A stretch of 64,000 nt of DNA from Mobula hypostoma (lineage: Eukaryota), in the NCBI RefSeq assembly GCF_963921235.1, contig NC_086109.1, positions 13,890,001 through 13,954,000 of the forward strand, read 5' to 3'. Below the pieces are notes generated by a model. That model searched no databases. It worked only from the letters and a program-made list of their open reading frames with translations, and was not told the origin of the DNA. Made by a program: the position numbers and the translations under genes. Positions 38,146-50,779 of this stretch are shown one piece after another; positions within the stretch are counted from its first letter, which is position 1; every line of letters starts with the position of its first letter.

Positions 38146-38738
38146 CAGACATCCCACCTCTCCTGGAAGTTCTGGGAGTCTCCTGCATATTAATAGTGGC
38201 TCCCTGATGCTCGCAAATTATATACAATGTCCGGAAATTGATTTTTTTGAGAGTGAGTGTGTGAGAGAGCGCACGTGCGAGAGAGAGAGAGAAAGCAAGT
38301 GCGAGAGAGCGACCACGAGAGAGCGCGAGAGAGACAGAGCAAGAGCGAGAAAGCAAGCGCGAGAGAGAGTGAGAGAGTTCCAAAAAAAAGTCAGAGTGGC
38401 AGAGTGTTCCAAAAAAAGAAAATATAAAACGTACATCACCCCAGACTACACTAAAGTGTACCCCTGCCTAATAGGGGTCAAAAATAATAACAGTGTTGCT
38501 CACTGCACTGTTTGCAACAGTGACTTTTCTATTGCCCGTGGTGGATTAAGACTGAAAAAGACATGTTGAGGTGAGTTTAACAGGTATCATTCGTTCATTA
38601 GCATAGATAATGTTATTTAAGCTAGCTGGCTAACTGCTAAGGAGCTACTCTATTGCAGACACCCCACCTCTCCCAGAGTCTCCCACAAATTGATGGTGCT
38701 ACCTCCCTGAAATGAGTTTTTGCAGGGTGGGATGTCTG
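38146..38738 (+). mobile_element. Non-autonomous hAT-like DNA transposon with BED zinc-finger remnant
   Basis: Perfect 13-bp TIR cagacatcccacc / ggtgggatgtctg; TAACAT on both sides; KKRKY...AHCTVCNSDFSIARGG peptide; internal GA-rich microsatellite 38250-38377. Confidence 0.8.
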
Positions 38739-39019
38739 TAACATGAACCGCAGAGTTCGCTAAAAATGAGTCCAATCCACAAACCACACTGATTAAGTCT
38801 TGCCCAAGACCCAAGACTCCTGTACCTTCCTCTGGTAGCAGCAAGCGAGAGGGCGAGGGAGACTGGTCAAACATAGGCGGATGGTGCTGAACACCCACTC
38901 ACCTTCCACTCTCATCCTCATTGGTGAGTGCGTAGAGCGAGCTGTCAGCTGAAGTGGTAGATGCGGGTTCAGTTGTAGCATTTGAGAGATGTTTGGATAG
39001 ATACATGGATGAGAGGGGT

Positions 39020-39385
39020 ATGGCTAAAGAAATTCTTCCTCACTCCTGTTCTGAAGGGAGAACCTATTCTGAGGCTGTGCGCTCTGATTCTAGACTCTCC
39101 CACCATTAGAATCATCATCTGCATGTCCACTTTCTCTAAGCCTTTCAATGTTTGGTAGATTTTGATTAGATTCCACCCCCCCCCCACCCAATATTCTTGA
39201 ACTCCAATGAGTACAGGCCCAAAACCATCAAACGCTCCGTATATGTTAACCCTTCCAGGATCATTCTCATGAGCCTCCTCTGAATCCTCTCCAACGCCCA
39301 CACATCCTTTCTTAGATATGGGACCCAAAACTGTTCACAATTCTCCAAATGCAGTCTGACCAATTCTTTATGAAGCCTTGGTTAT
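39020..39385 (-). mobile_element. CR1 3' fragment
   Basis: ORF 39166-39363 (VRLHLENCEQFWVPYLRKD). Confidence 0.8.
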
Positions 39386-39989
39386 CCTAAGAAGCACAAA
39401 CACAAGCATAGACTACAATTTTGTTCAAGCATTGTAGTCCAAGTGTAGATAGGCAGAAGACTGGGCTGGCTTGGGGTAGATGGGCTATAGGATTATTCCA
39501 TAGTCCTGCCAGTTATCATAATGGAGTTTACAAACTTCCTGCAGTCTTTGGGATGTGATTATTATTCAACAAGCATTCCTCTAACCATCATTAAATTTAA
39601 TGGTTTGCCTTGGAGCACATTTTGAACTGTTTTTCTCTACATCAGCCACATTTTTTGGATTCTGCAAACCAGTGCCAATTGTCCCCGATTTTCTTTTACA
39701 ATTCCTGCTTGAACTGAGCAAATGGATTAGTAATAAGGCCATGGGGGGAAAAAAAAGCTACTGGATGAACTTAGCAAGTCAGGTAGGATCTGTGTGGAGG
39801 CATAGAGATAGTCAGCATTTTGGGTCGAGACCCTGTAGCAGAACTCAGAGTGTGCGCTTGACCTTCTGAGTTCCTCCATCTGCAGCTTGTTTTTTTGTTT
39901 CATGTTCCTGCATCTGCACTCTCTTGTGCCTGCAATAATAAGGCCACCTGGGTTTCACCTTCAGCTGCTGATGCAGTCTATAGAGGATG

Positions 39990-40585
39990 ACAAACTTCTA
40001 TAGATGCACAGTGGAGAGTATCCTGACTGGCTGCATCATGGCCTGGTGTGGAAACACCAATGCCCAGGAAAGGAGAAGCCTACAAAAAAATAGTGGATAC
40101 AGCCCAGTCCATCACAGGAAAAGCCTTCCTTACCATTGAGCACATCCAGAAGGAGTGCTCCCACCAAAAAAAACATCTATCACCAACGACACCCACCATC
40201 CAGGCCATGCTCGCTCCTCACTGCTGCCATTGGGAAAGAGGTACAGGAGCCTTAGGACCCACACAACTAGGTTCAGGAACATATTGCCCATCAACCTCAG
40301 GTTCTTGAACTTCTCTCACCACAACATCAAACTGATCACTGAACTCAAGCTACAGACTCACTTTCAAGGACTCTACAACTCATGTTCTCAGTGTTATTTA
40401 TTCACTTATTTAATATTATTTTGTATTTGCACTGTTTTCTTCTTTTGCACAGTGGTTTGTGTGTAGTTTTTCATTGATGCTACTGCACTTCTTTGCTGTA
40501 CTGCAAATGCCTGCAAGAAAATGTATCTCAGTGTTGTACATGGTGATGTATATTTACTTTGATAATAAATTTAATTTGAACTTTA
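39990..40585 (+). mobile_element. Rex1/Babar-type LINE 3' fragment
   Basis: FYRCTVESILTGCIMAW...HPGHA..LLPLGKRYRSL. Confidence 0.8.
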
Positions 40586-40941
40586 AAAGCTGATGCCCAG
40601 CAATCTTACCCTTGCATCTGAAACATAACAGAGCTCCTTCACATATCTCAGTATCTCTACATACGTGTACAGCCACTTGACAATGGTTAAACATGGAACA
40701 TCGTCCTCAAGGTGACGTTCACCCCACCATCTATAAATGATCGTCACTCTTTGCAGTTAGATATGTACGTTAATTTACCCTTGATGTAAAGATTTGGGGA
40801 GGTCTGTCACTGCTTAAGGTTGTGGAACAAGAACATTAGAATGTGACATTAAAACCAAACTCCATGGGTAAAGTTCAGTTGATGCAAATTATCTAGAACA
40901 AAGAACACTGCTGCACAGAACAGGCCTTTGGCCCATGATGT

Positions 40942-42552
40942 TATGCCGATCTTTTAAACCACTCTAAGATCAATCTAACCCTTCTGTTCAGCATAGCCTT
41001 CAATTTTTTTTTATCATTCATGTGCTTATCTAAAAGTTTCTTAAGGTTCCTTTTTTCGTCTGTCTCTACCACCATCTCTGGCAGGGTGGTCTACACACAC
41101 TCCACTCTGGCATCTGCCCGATACTCTCCTCCAATAACCTTAAACTTATGCCCCCTTTGTATTAACCATTTCCGCCTTGGGAAAATGCCTCTGGCTGTCC
41201 ACTTGATCTATGTCTCTTGTCATGTATACTTCTCATCCTTATTCTCTCCAAAGGGAGCAGCCTGGCTCACTCAACCTATCTTCATTTCTGACTAATCCAA
41301 GCAGCATCCGGGTAAATCTCTGCACCCTCTCTAAAGCTTCCACATCCTTTCTATAATTAGGCAACCAGAACTGAACACAATTTCGTCCAAGTGTGCTCTA
41401 ACCAGAATCTTATAGAGCTGCTACATTACTTTGTGGCTCTTGAACCCACTAATGAAAGCCAACACATCATACACCTTCTTAACAACCCTATCATCTCTAA
41501 GAGTTTCAGACTTCGAAAGCACAGGAACAATCAGCTGTCGTGTTATAAATTTGCCTTTCGAGTTGGTTTTTGGATCTGAGGGTAGAGAATCCATCAAGAG
41601 TGCATGTCCCCTCACTTTTTCAGAACTCTTCTTCAGGCCGACAATATCAACCCTGATACAATCCTAATGAAGGGTCTCAGCCCAAAGCCTCGACTGTTTA
41701 TTCATTTCCATAGATGCTGCCTGACCTGCTGAGTTCCTCCAGTAGTTTGCTCAATGTAATCCCCAAAATCTTTCTCTGACATCTCAGTCAAGTTAAATTT
41801 ATAATCCAAGCATATCTATGCCGGCATATTACCAGATCTGGGCCGCACCCTCCACATATCCGGATCTGCCTCTCGGTTTTTTTGCACTACCTTACTTCCC
41901 ACTTTTCTATTTTCTACTTATGATTTATAATTTAAATTTTTAATATTTACTAATTTTAACTATTTTTAACATCTTTAATGTTTAATATTTGTAATCCAGT
42001 GTGTGTGAAGCGCAGAATCAAATATCGCTGTGATGATTGTACATTCTAGTACCAATTGTTTGGCGACAATAAAGAATAAAGTATAAAACCATATAACAAT
42101 TACAGCACGGAAACAGGCCATCTGGCCCCTTCTAGTCCGTACCGACCTCTTACTCTCCCCTAGTTCCACCGACCTGCACTCAGCCCATAACCCTCCTTTC
42201 AGTGAGAAATGAAGATAGGTTGAGTGAGCCAGGCTGCTCCCTTTGGAGAGAATAAGGATGAGAAGTGTACATGACAAGAGACATAGATCAAGTGGACAGC
42301 CAGAGGCATTTTCCCAGGGTGGAAATGGTTAATACAAAGGGGGCATAAGTTTAAGGAGATTGGAGGAGAGTATCGGGCAGATGCCAGAGTGGAGTGTGTG
42401 TAGACCACCCTGCCAGAGACGGTGGTAGAGACAGACGCAAAAGGGAACCTTAAGAAACTTTTAGATAAGCAAATGGATGATAAAAAAAAATTGAAGGCTA
42501 TGCTGAAGGGAAGGGTTAGATTGATCTTAGAGTGGTTTAAAAGACCGGCATA
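40942..42552. repeat. Local inverted duplication (arms 40942-41293 and 42201-42552) of a deleted CR1 3' end
   Basis: The arms are near-identical reverse complements; ORFs 41020-41295(+) and 42199-42570(-) translate almost identically. Confidence 0.9.
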
Positions 42553-43299
42553 TCCTACCTTGAGATTCATTTTCTTGTAGGCATTTACAGAAAAACTTAA
42601 ATACTACAGAATTTATGAAAAATTATACATAAAGTCTGACAAATAACCAATGTACAAAAATAGACAAATTGTGCAAATAGAAATCAATAATGCTGAGAGC
42701 ATGTAGAGTCCTTGAAAGTGAGTGCATGCCGACAAGTTACAAGCACTAAACTTGTAATTATGAAATATTTGAGACAGTGCTGGACGGACAAGTTTTTCTT
42801 TAGCTTTAGAATAATTTCATCTACTCTAATAGGATATTTGTTGTACTCTGCAGTGCTAACATAGTCAACACCGACCATCTGCTAATACAGATCCTAGACG
42901 GGTTTGGAGCACCCGACTTATGCTTATTCAATACATATGAATGAGAGTTTGGGAAACAGACAGGATGAGTTTGTCAGCTGCTGGCATCTTCTGCCTGATT
43001 TGCAGCAACATTGTCGCATCTTGCTGAGAAGTCAGAATGGTAGAGTTAAATGCCCTGAATTAGCTACATTTTGGCCTATGTATTTATTGAATTATACAGC
43101 CGGGCAGCCACATTCCTAGCTTGTGAACTGTTCGGGCAATTTTGGGAGGAACGGTCCCTTGGATTTTTTTTTTCACTCACTGATCATTGCAGTAGCTTCA
43201 ATCTTGATATTTAATGAGATTTCTCCTCCATCCAGTATTGGATTCCAGACAAGCAGTGTTACAAAATCAGCGAGATCTGGAGAAGTGGAGATGAGTTTA

Positions 43300-43530
43300 G
43301 AATAACGCCTTACAGTGCCAGCGACCAGGGTTCAATTCCGGGCGCTGTCTGTGCTGAATTTGAATGTCCTCCCTGTGATCGCGTGCGTTTCCTCCGGGTG
43401 CTCCGGTTTCTCTACATTCCAAAGGTGTACAGGTTAGTTAGTAGGTTAATTAGTCACATAGATGTAACTGGGCAGCAATGGCTTGTGAGAGCGGAAGGGT
43501 CTGTTACCATAGTGTATTCCAAATAAATGA
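43300..43530 (+). mobile_element. V-domain (HE1-like) tRNA SINE
   Basis: gggttcaattcc B box and tttcctccgggtgctccggtttc core. Confidence 0.75.
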
Positions 43531-44664
43531 ACACCAGTGAACACAAGGAGTCGGATGTATTCTTAGATCATAACATTGTGATGAAGCGCAGATCATTGGA
43601 CACCTGAGTCTTGAAAGACCAATCCCTATTTTTGAGACTGTTTCCACAATCCACAGCCAGGAGATTCATCAGCTCCTCATCACACTATGATGCCATGTAA
43701 GAATTTTGTATATGTTGACAATTCTTCTGAACTGCAATCTTGTCAGTGCAGTTATTGCTCATTGGACAAACCAACAAACCAACCCGGTGATTCCTCCCAC
43801 AAACCGACCCGGTGATTCTTTGCCCCTTTCCCTCTTTCTTGAGTTGATTTTTTATTTTAGTCTAAAGAGTGCCATCTCACCTGGCTCTCTTTAATTGCAG
43901 TATGATATCTTTACTCCTGAACTCAAATCCTCTTGTAATAAAGGCCATTGCACTTTTAACCTTTCTAATTACTTGTTGTAGCTGTACATTAACTTTCAGT
44001 GATTTGTGTACAAAGTCCTGGGTGTCTCTGAACTCTAAATCCTTTCCCTTGCCATTTAAAAAAAAATGTAATGGCTTTCTGTATTGCATTCAGCAATGGT
44101 GAATGATCTTGCACTTTGCCCTTTCACTCGGCATGTCTTTGTCCCCCTTGTTCTGCATTCACTATTTACCTCACCATGGCCTTGCACCATATTTTCTGCT
44201 GGTGCTTCACTTTCCCTATAACTGTAACACTGTGTTCTAATCGGTTTTTCCTTGTACCCCCTCGAGATGTCAATGTAATGAAGTTATCTGCATGAATGCT
44301 ATGCAAAACAAGGGTTTTTCATTGTACCATGGTATCTGGGGCAATAATCGACCAATTTTCTAATTTCCTTGCAACTTACACTGCCATTTGACTTTGTATC
44401 ATCAGCTTATGAGAATACATTTCACCTGGGGTGGGATACCTGGATACATTACAAAGGTTATCTACATGATCTGACTGTTGAAAAATTGAACGGTAGGCAT
44501 CTTTGGAGCAGACTGTCTGATCCATTTGGCCTACCCCACTATTCATTACAATATGGTAGATTTGCCCCACTTTTCAACTTCTTTTCTCCACCTGTTCTTA
44601 GAGCCGTCAATTCCCTGATCTTTTAAACACGTATCTACATCTTTAAATACCTCTGGTGACCTAA

Positions 44665-45100
44665 CTGTCAGTATCTTGGATCTTTCCTGGGCCCAACATA
44701 TTGATGCAATTACAAAGAAACAGCAGTGTTTCTTCATTAGGAGTCTGAGGAGATTTGGTATGTTTCCAAAGACTCTAGCAAATTTCCACAGATGTACTGT
44801 GGAGAGCATTCTGACTGGTGGCATCACTGCCTAGTATAGAGGCATCAATTGGGGAAAAAATGCTGCAGAGGGTTTATAAATTCAGCCAGCTCCATTGTGG
44901 GCACTAGCCTCCCCACCATTGAGGACATCTTCAAAAGGCAGTGCCTCAAGAAGGTGACACCCATGATTAAGGACCTTCACCACCCAGGACATGCCCTCTT
45001 CTCATTACTAAGGAGGTGGTACAGAAGCTTGAAGACACACACTCAACGTGTCAGGAACAGCTTCTTCCCTACCGCCATTGGAGTTCTGAGTGGTCCATGA
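44665..45100 (+). mobile_element. Rex1/Babar-type LINE 3' fragment
   Basis: ORF 44849-45100 (HPGHALFSLL..YRSLKTHT..RNSFFP). Confidence 0.8.
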
Positions 45101-45859
45101 ACCTCGGTCTCTGCAAGATCCAGACTTTCTATTCATCAAGCCTCACACACAAAATGCTGGAGGAACTCTGCAGGCCAAGCAGCATATATGGAAAAGGGTA
45201 AACAGTCGACAATTTCTTCACCAGTCCTCTGTGTGTGTGTGTGTGTGCGCGTGCGTTGCTTGAATTTCCAGCATCTGCAGATTTTCTCTTGTTTGTTTAC
45301 TTGGACCTGACTGAGTTGCTTTGGATTCGCGTGCAAGCGAACTATTGAGGGACCATCTCTGGTGTTCCACAAAGACTTGCTCCACTGCAATTTATTTTTT
45401 GGCAATTTCTTACGAACTAAAGTGCTTCTTCAGTCTATATTAGTCCATGGATCAATGCTGTGTTGGATGCTTGTCAAATAAATATTTTTACCTAAGTGAT
45501 GGTGTAAAGAGGGTGCACTCAATTGATTCTGGAAAAAAAAGGGTTATCTTCTGAGGAATAATTGGATCTTTTCTAAATCTTCTGTGACATCCATTTCCAA
45601 ATGCTCTTTTGAGAGTAGATGGCGCGGATGTGTTGCCCCCATGGGGCAAGCTAAAACTGGGGGGGGCTAGCATCTACTAATAGTTCGTTTAAGATGGAGT
45701 TCTCAAATTCAAAAAGTAAATTTATTATCAAAGTACATGCGTGTCACCATATATAGTACCATCAGATTCATTTTCTTGCAAGTGTTTGCAGTAAGGTAAA
45801 GAAACATAACAGGATTTATGGAGAACTATACAGAAATAAAGACTGACTATCATTCGGTG

Positions 45860-46595
45860 TGCAAGACCCTTAAAGGTGTTGCTGAGCAGAGAGATCTTGG
45901 GGTCCGAGTTCATTGCTCTATGAATGTGACTACACCGGTTGATAGGATGGTTAAGATGGCTTATGAAATGCTTGCTTTTATTAGTTGAGGCATTGATTTC
46001 AAAAATCACAAGATTATGTTACAACTTTATAGAACTCTGGTTAGACCACTGCTGGAGTATTGCATACAATTCTGTTCGCCCCACTATAGGAAGGATGTCG
46101 AGCTTTGGAGAGGGTGCAGAAGAGGTTTACCAGGATGCTGCCTGGTTTAGAGGGCGTGGGCCATCATGAGAGGCTGGATGAATTTGGGTTGTTTCTTTGG
46201 AGTGGAGGAGGCTGAAGGGAGATCTGACAGAGGTTTATAAGATTATGAGAGGCAAAGATAGAGTAGACAGGGAGTGTCTTTTTCCCAGGGTAGAAATATC
46301 TTAATAGCAGAGGGCATGCCTTGAAGGTGAGGGGAGGGGATAGATTCAAATGGGATATGAAGGCTAAGATTTTACTGGATGGTGAATGCATGATACGGTA
46401 GTAGACGTGAATACATTAGAGGCTTTTAAGAGATGTTTAGATAAGCACATAAGTATGAGGAAGATGGAGGGCTATGGACATTGTGTAGGTAGCTGGGATT
46501 AGTTTTGGGTTTTTAAAAAATATACTTTTTAGCTGATTTGGCACAACATTGTGGTCTGAATGACTTGTTCCTGTGCTGTACTGTTCTGTGTTCTT
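45860..46595 (+). mobile_element. CR1 3' fragment
   Basis: LVRPLLEYCIQF...QKRFTRMLPGL remnant plus 3' UTR. Confidence 0.8.
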
Positions 46596-47374
46596 TGAAA
46601 GAGGACAGATTGTAGAAATAAAAGTAAATAAGACTGAGATCATTAATTGTGAAGTCCTTCAAAGTGGACTTCCAAGGTTGTGGAGTCAGTTCAGAATTGA
46701 GATGAGAGAACTGATCCAAAATCTTTGGAAACATCTACCCCAGAGATCATCAGTACATCTGAGGCTAAGATTAAATGGCTACAGGGAGGTGGGGTTCTAG
46801 GGATTATGCAGAAAAAAAGCAAGGAAGCGATTGGTCAGATCAGCCATTGAATAATCAAGCAAGCACTGAATACTTGTTGCATTCTCCTGTGCAGGCTGAC
46901 AATATTGTCCATTTTCATGGTTGATGCACTGCTTGAGTCATAGCTGTGAAAGAATAGGCATGCTAGAGGAACAGGGAGGGAGAGAAAATGTGTTGGAGCT
47001 GCCACTGGGACCCAGGTGCCTCTTTTTCTCCTAGGAGGAGCGTAAGTACTCTTCTCCCTGGTGAACACTGCTTGAATCCATTTGGGAGTTGGGGTCCTCC
47101 ATAATAATCAGGTATCAGGCTGCCAACTTGAAAACAGGCTGAAGGTAATGAGCAATGAAAATGAGAGACAAAATATAGACTTGGGAGAGAAGCATGCAAG
47201 CAGAATCAGCTTTGCCTTCAATGCCAATTAAAATCTTCTGTCCCTGTGGTGACATTGGGGGGGGGTGGTTAGGGGATATTTTTCTGTTTTTAAAATGTTT
47301 GCATTTATGATTAATGGCCCATTGTACATATTATTGAATCCATGACTTGACTTGACACACCTGCACTGCACAAG

Positions 47375-47880
47375 TTAAGTTTGTTGTCATTTAACTATAT
47401 ACATGTATGCTGTCAAATAAGATAATGTTTTTCTGGACCAGGGTGTAAAGCACAGTAGGACACATAACACACAATAACTTAGGAAAGTAAGGATAAAATA
47501 CACGGATGAATTAAGCATAAATAAAGTACATAAATTAATTATGGTAAGGTATAGTACGAATTAACCAGTGACACTTCAAATGTGATGTGGCAGGGAGTTC
47601 AGAAGCCTAATGGCCTGAGGGAAGAAACTATTTTCAACCCTGACCATTCTTGTCTTTATGCATCAGAGTCTCCAGCCTGATGGTAGAAAGTCAAAGAGGA
47701 TGCTGGATGGATGGGTGGGATCCTTGATGATATGAAGTCCCTTGTGTACGCAGCACTCCTGGAAAATGTCCCCAGTGGATGGGAGAGAGATCCCCATGAT
47801 CCTCTCAGCCGTTCTCACAGTCCTTTGTAGGAACTTCTGGTCTGGTGCTCTGCTGCTTCCGTACCAGATGGAGATGCAGT
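47375..47880 (-). mobile_element. Rex1/Babar-type LINE 3' fragment
   Basis: Antisense ISIWYGS...KDPTHPSSILFDFLPSG remnant. Confidence 0.7.
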
Positions 47881-47999
47881 CTGTGTTTCTCCATTAACGT
47901 TTCTTGACTTTTGAGTTGGTCAGGCGTGGATGTGAGAGCTCAACAACTGGAGCGCCGGCTCCGTCTTTCCATTGGGTGGGAGTGACCTGGCAGTTCTTT

Positions 48000-48575
48000 G
48001 AGTGTCATCAAATACACTCAAAAACTTCTATAGTTGTACCGTGGAGAGCATTCTGACAGGCTGCATCACTGTCTGGTATGGAGGGGCTACTGCACAGGAC
48101 CGAAAGAAGCTGCAGAAGGTTGTAAATCTAGTCAGCTCCATCTTGGGTACTAGCCTACAAAGTACCTGGGGTATCTTTAGGGAGTGGTGTCTCAGAAAAG
48201 CAGTGCTCATTATTAAGGATCTCCAGCACCCAGGACATGCCCTTTTCTCACTGTTACCATCAGGTAGGAGGTACAGAAGCCTGAAGGCACACACTCAGTG
48301 ATTCAGGAACCGCTTCTTCCCCTCTGACATCCGTTTCCTAAAGGGACATTGAACCCTTGAACACTACCTCACCTTTTTTAATAAACATTATTTCTGTTTT
48401 TGCACATTTAAAAAAAATCTGTTCAATATACATAAATGATTTACTTTATTAATTATTATTATTTATTAATATTATTGTTTTTTGTCTCTGCTGGATTATG
48501 TATTACATTGAACTGCTGCTGCTAAGTTAACAAATTTCACGTCACACACCGGTGATAATAAGCCTGATTCTGATA
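48000..48575 (+). mobile_element. Rex1/Babar-type LINE 3' fragment
   Basis: ORF 48002-48301 (FYSCTVESILTGCITVWYG...LPSGRRYRSL); tail cctgattctga. Confidence 0.85.
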
Positions 48576-50155
48576 TTGTTGCGTGCTGTACAGTCAGTTT
48601 CTGTTTATTGCATGAAGCCCAACCAGCCATGGAGTAGAGTCATACAATATGCTGACCAAGTTGAGCACCTATACTGGTCCTATTTTGGCACTTAGCTTTC
48701 TAAACCTTTCCTATCCATGTACCTGTCCAAGTACCTTTTTAAATATTGTTAATGTACACTTTCTCCAACAGCAGCTTACTCCATATACTGATAGCTTCTG
48801 TGTGAAGAAGTTACCCCCTGTAAATTTTTATTATTATTATCTTTTCCCTTCTCACCATAAACCTATACCCTTTAGTTCTTGATTCCCCAAACTTTGAGGG
48901 GAAGGGAAGAACTGAGTGCTTTCTATGCATGCTCTGTGTGAAGAAATTGCCCTGGACTTGATCTACATTATGGATGATCTCTTCCCTAATCAACTCTCCA
49001 GTTACTGATCCACAATCCATCTGCTGTTATTGAGGGGAGGAGATTTCCCTCTAAAAGTTGCTTAGGATTTGGGCTTCCCAATGTGACTTAAATGTTCATG
49101 CATTTAAGAGATAATTTTCCCTATCATTTTTGTCATTTCCCTGTTTAGTGGGGTGAGGCTAATTACGGTAAGATTGTCAGTTTCTTTCATGACTTGGACA
49201 TCTTGATTAGGCTTTTGAAATCCAGGTAATGAAGCGATTTGCCTTCCTGTAGATGTGCAAGTTTGGTCCACTCTACCTGTTGCCTGATTGGGTGCAGTTG
49301 ACTTGTCTAACTCCGAGTGGGCAGTGCTCTTGGTGGTTTATGAAAGATTTCCATTTGAACAGGCTTCACAAGTGGAACCTCACAGTTGCCAGACACCTTT
49401 ATTTGCACTTTGTGAAGCTTCTGCTGGTGCTGCTCTTGTTGGTCTTTGGCAGAGAGTCGTACAGCATGAAAGTGGGCCCTTTGGCCCAAGAGGTCCATAC
49501 TATCCACGGCAGATTCAGAATCAGGTTTAATATCACTGGCATATATCGTACATCTGTTGTTCTGTGGCGCCAGTACATTGCAATACATAATTTTAAAAAA
49601 ACTACAAATTGCAATGAGAAAAGGCATTTCAGGATGTATATTGTATACATTTCTCTAACATTAAATGTACCTTTTGAAACTTTTGAAATATTTAAAAATA
49701 AGTAATGCACAAAGAGAACAAAAAATAAATGAGGTGTAGTACATGGGTTCATTGACTGCTCAGAAATCTGATGGTGGCAAGGAAGAGGCTGTTCTTAAAA
49801 TGTTGGCTTGTGTCTTGGTGCTCCTTTACCTCCTCTTTGAGGGTAGCCATGAGAAGAGGGCATGTCCTGGGTGATGGGGGGCTCGTAATGGTGGATACCA
49901 CCTTTTTGAGGCATCATATTTCAAGATGTCCTGAATGCTGGGGAGGCTATTGTCCATGATGCAACTGGCTGAGTTTACAACCCTCTGCAGCTTCCACAGC
50001 CCCCCCCCCCCAGTTCTGTACAGGGGCCCCTCCATACCAGATGGTGATGTCATCAGTCAGAATGCTCTCCATGGTACCCAGCTAAGCTAGTCCAGTTTGC
50101 CTGCATTTGGGCCATATCTAGCTAAACAATTCCTATTCAAGTACCTTTAAAATAT

Positions 50156-50779
50156 TGTACTGGGTTTTTTCTTTGTTATGTTAAAATTAAAATGGCTTTG
50201 TTGTTATGTTAATCTTTTAAGTTGCTGCATATGTGAATTAAAACGGCTTCTATGGTATGTTAAATGCTGAGAAGGTCTCCAGCTAGCAACTTGCTTGGGT
50301 TATAACAGATAGCAGGTGTACTATCAGCCAATGGGTGTCCATGTTATTCTTTCTTGGGGTGATATGGCTGGGAACCAGGGGGTTTTGGCGGGGAGTTGGA
50401 GGAGAGACCGTGAGGACGACGGACGTGTGGGGAAAGCTCAGGGTGATCACTCCGGGTGATCCCGAGCTGCGAGTTGACGGGGTCAGAGTGGCCCCGAAGG
50501 GGTCCCCGAGCTCCAACGTGTGCACGAAGAAATTGAACTTTGATAAGTCTGGTGCCTTTTCCATTCCTTTTTTTTGTATTGAACTTCTATTAATCTCATA
50601 GACTTAGTAATATCTATGAAGTGTAATTGGTAAAACGCACAGTGTGTGCTGGCTGATGATTGATGTTTGAAGCTGAATTTGGTGGCAGTTGTACAGCAAC
50701 CGACAAAACTGGGACACCAGGCGGGCAGTGGACGGGGTTTCCCCAAGATAAATACGAGCCAATATAGCTGAGTGTTACA
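50156..50779. mobile_element. Solo LTR (Gypsy- or ERV-type)
   Basis: TGTA...TACA termini, 4-bp TSD ATAT at 50152-50155 and 50780-50783, CpG-rich interior; it interrupts a CR1 3' UTR that rejoins across the site. Confidence 0.75.

Noticed and set aside
38207..38400. RE-rich peptide
   Set aside because: It is the translation of a GA-rich microsatellite.
49253..49705. 150-aa ORF after a possible splice acceptor
   Set aside because: It runs into repeat tails, has no matching donor and resembles no protein I recognise.
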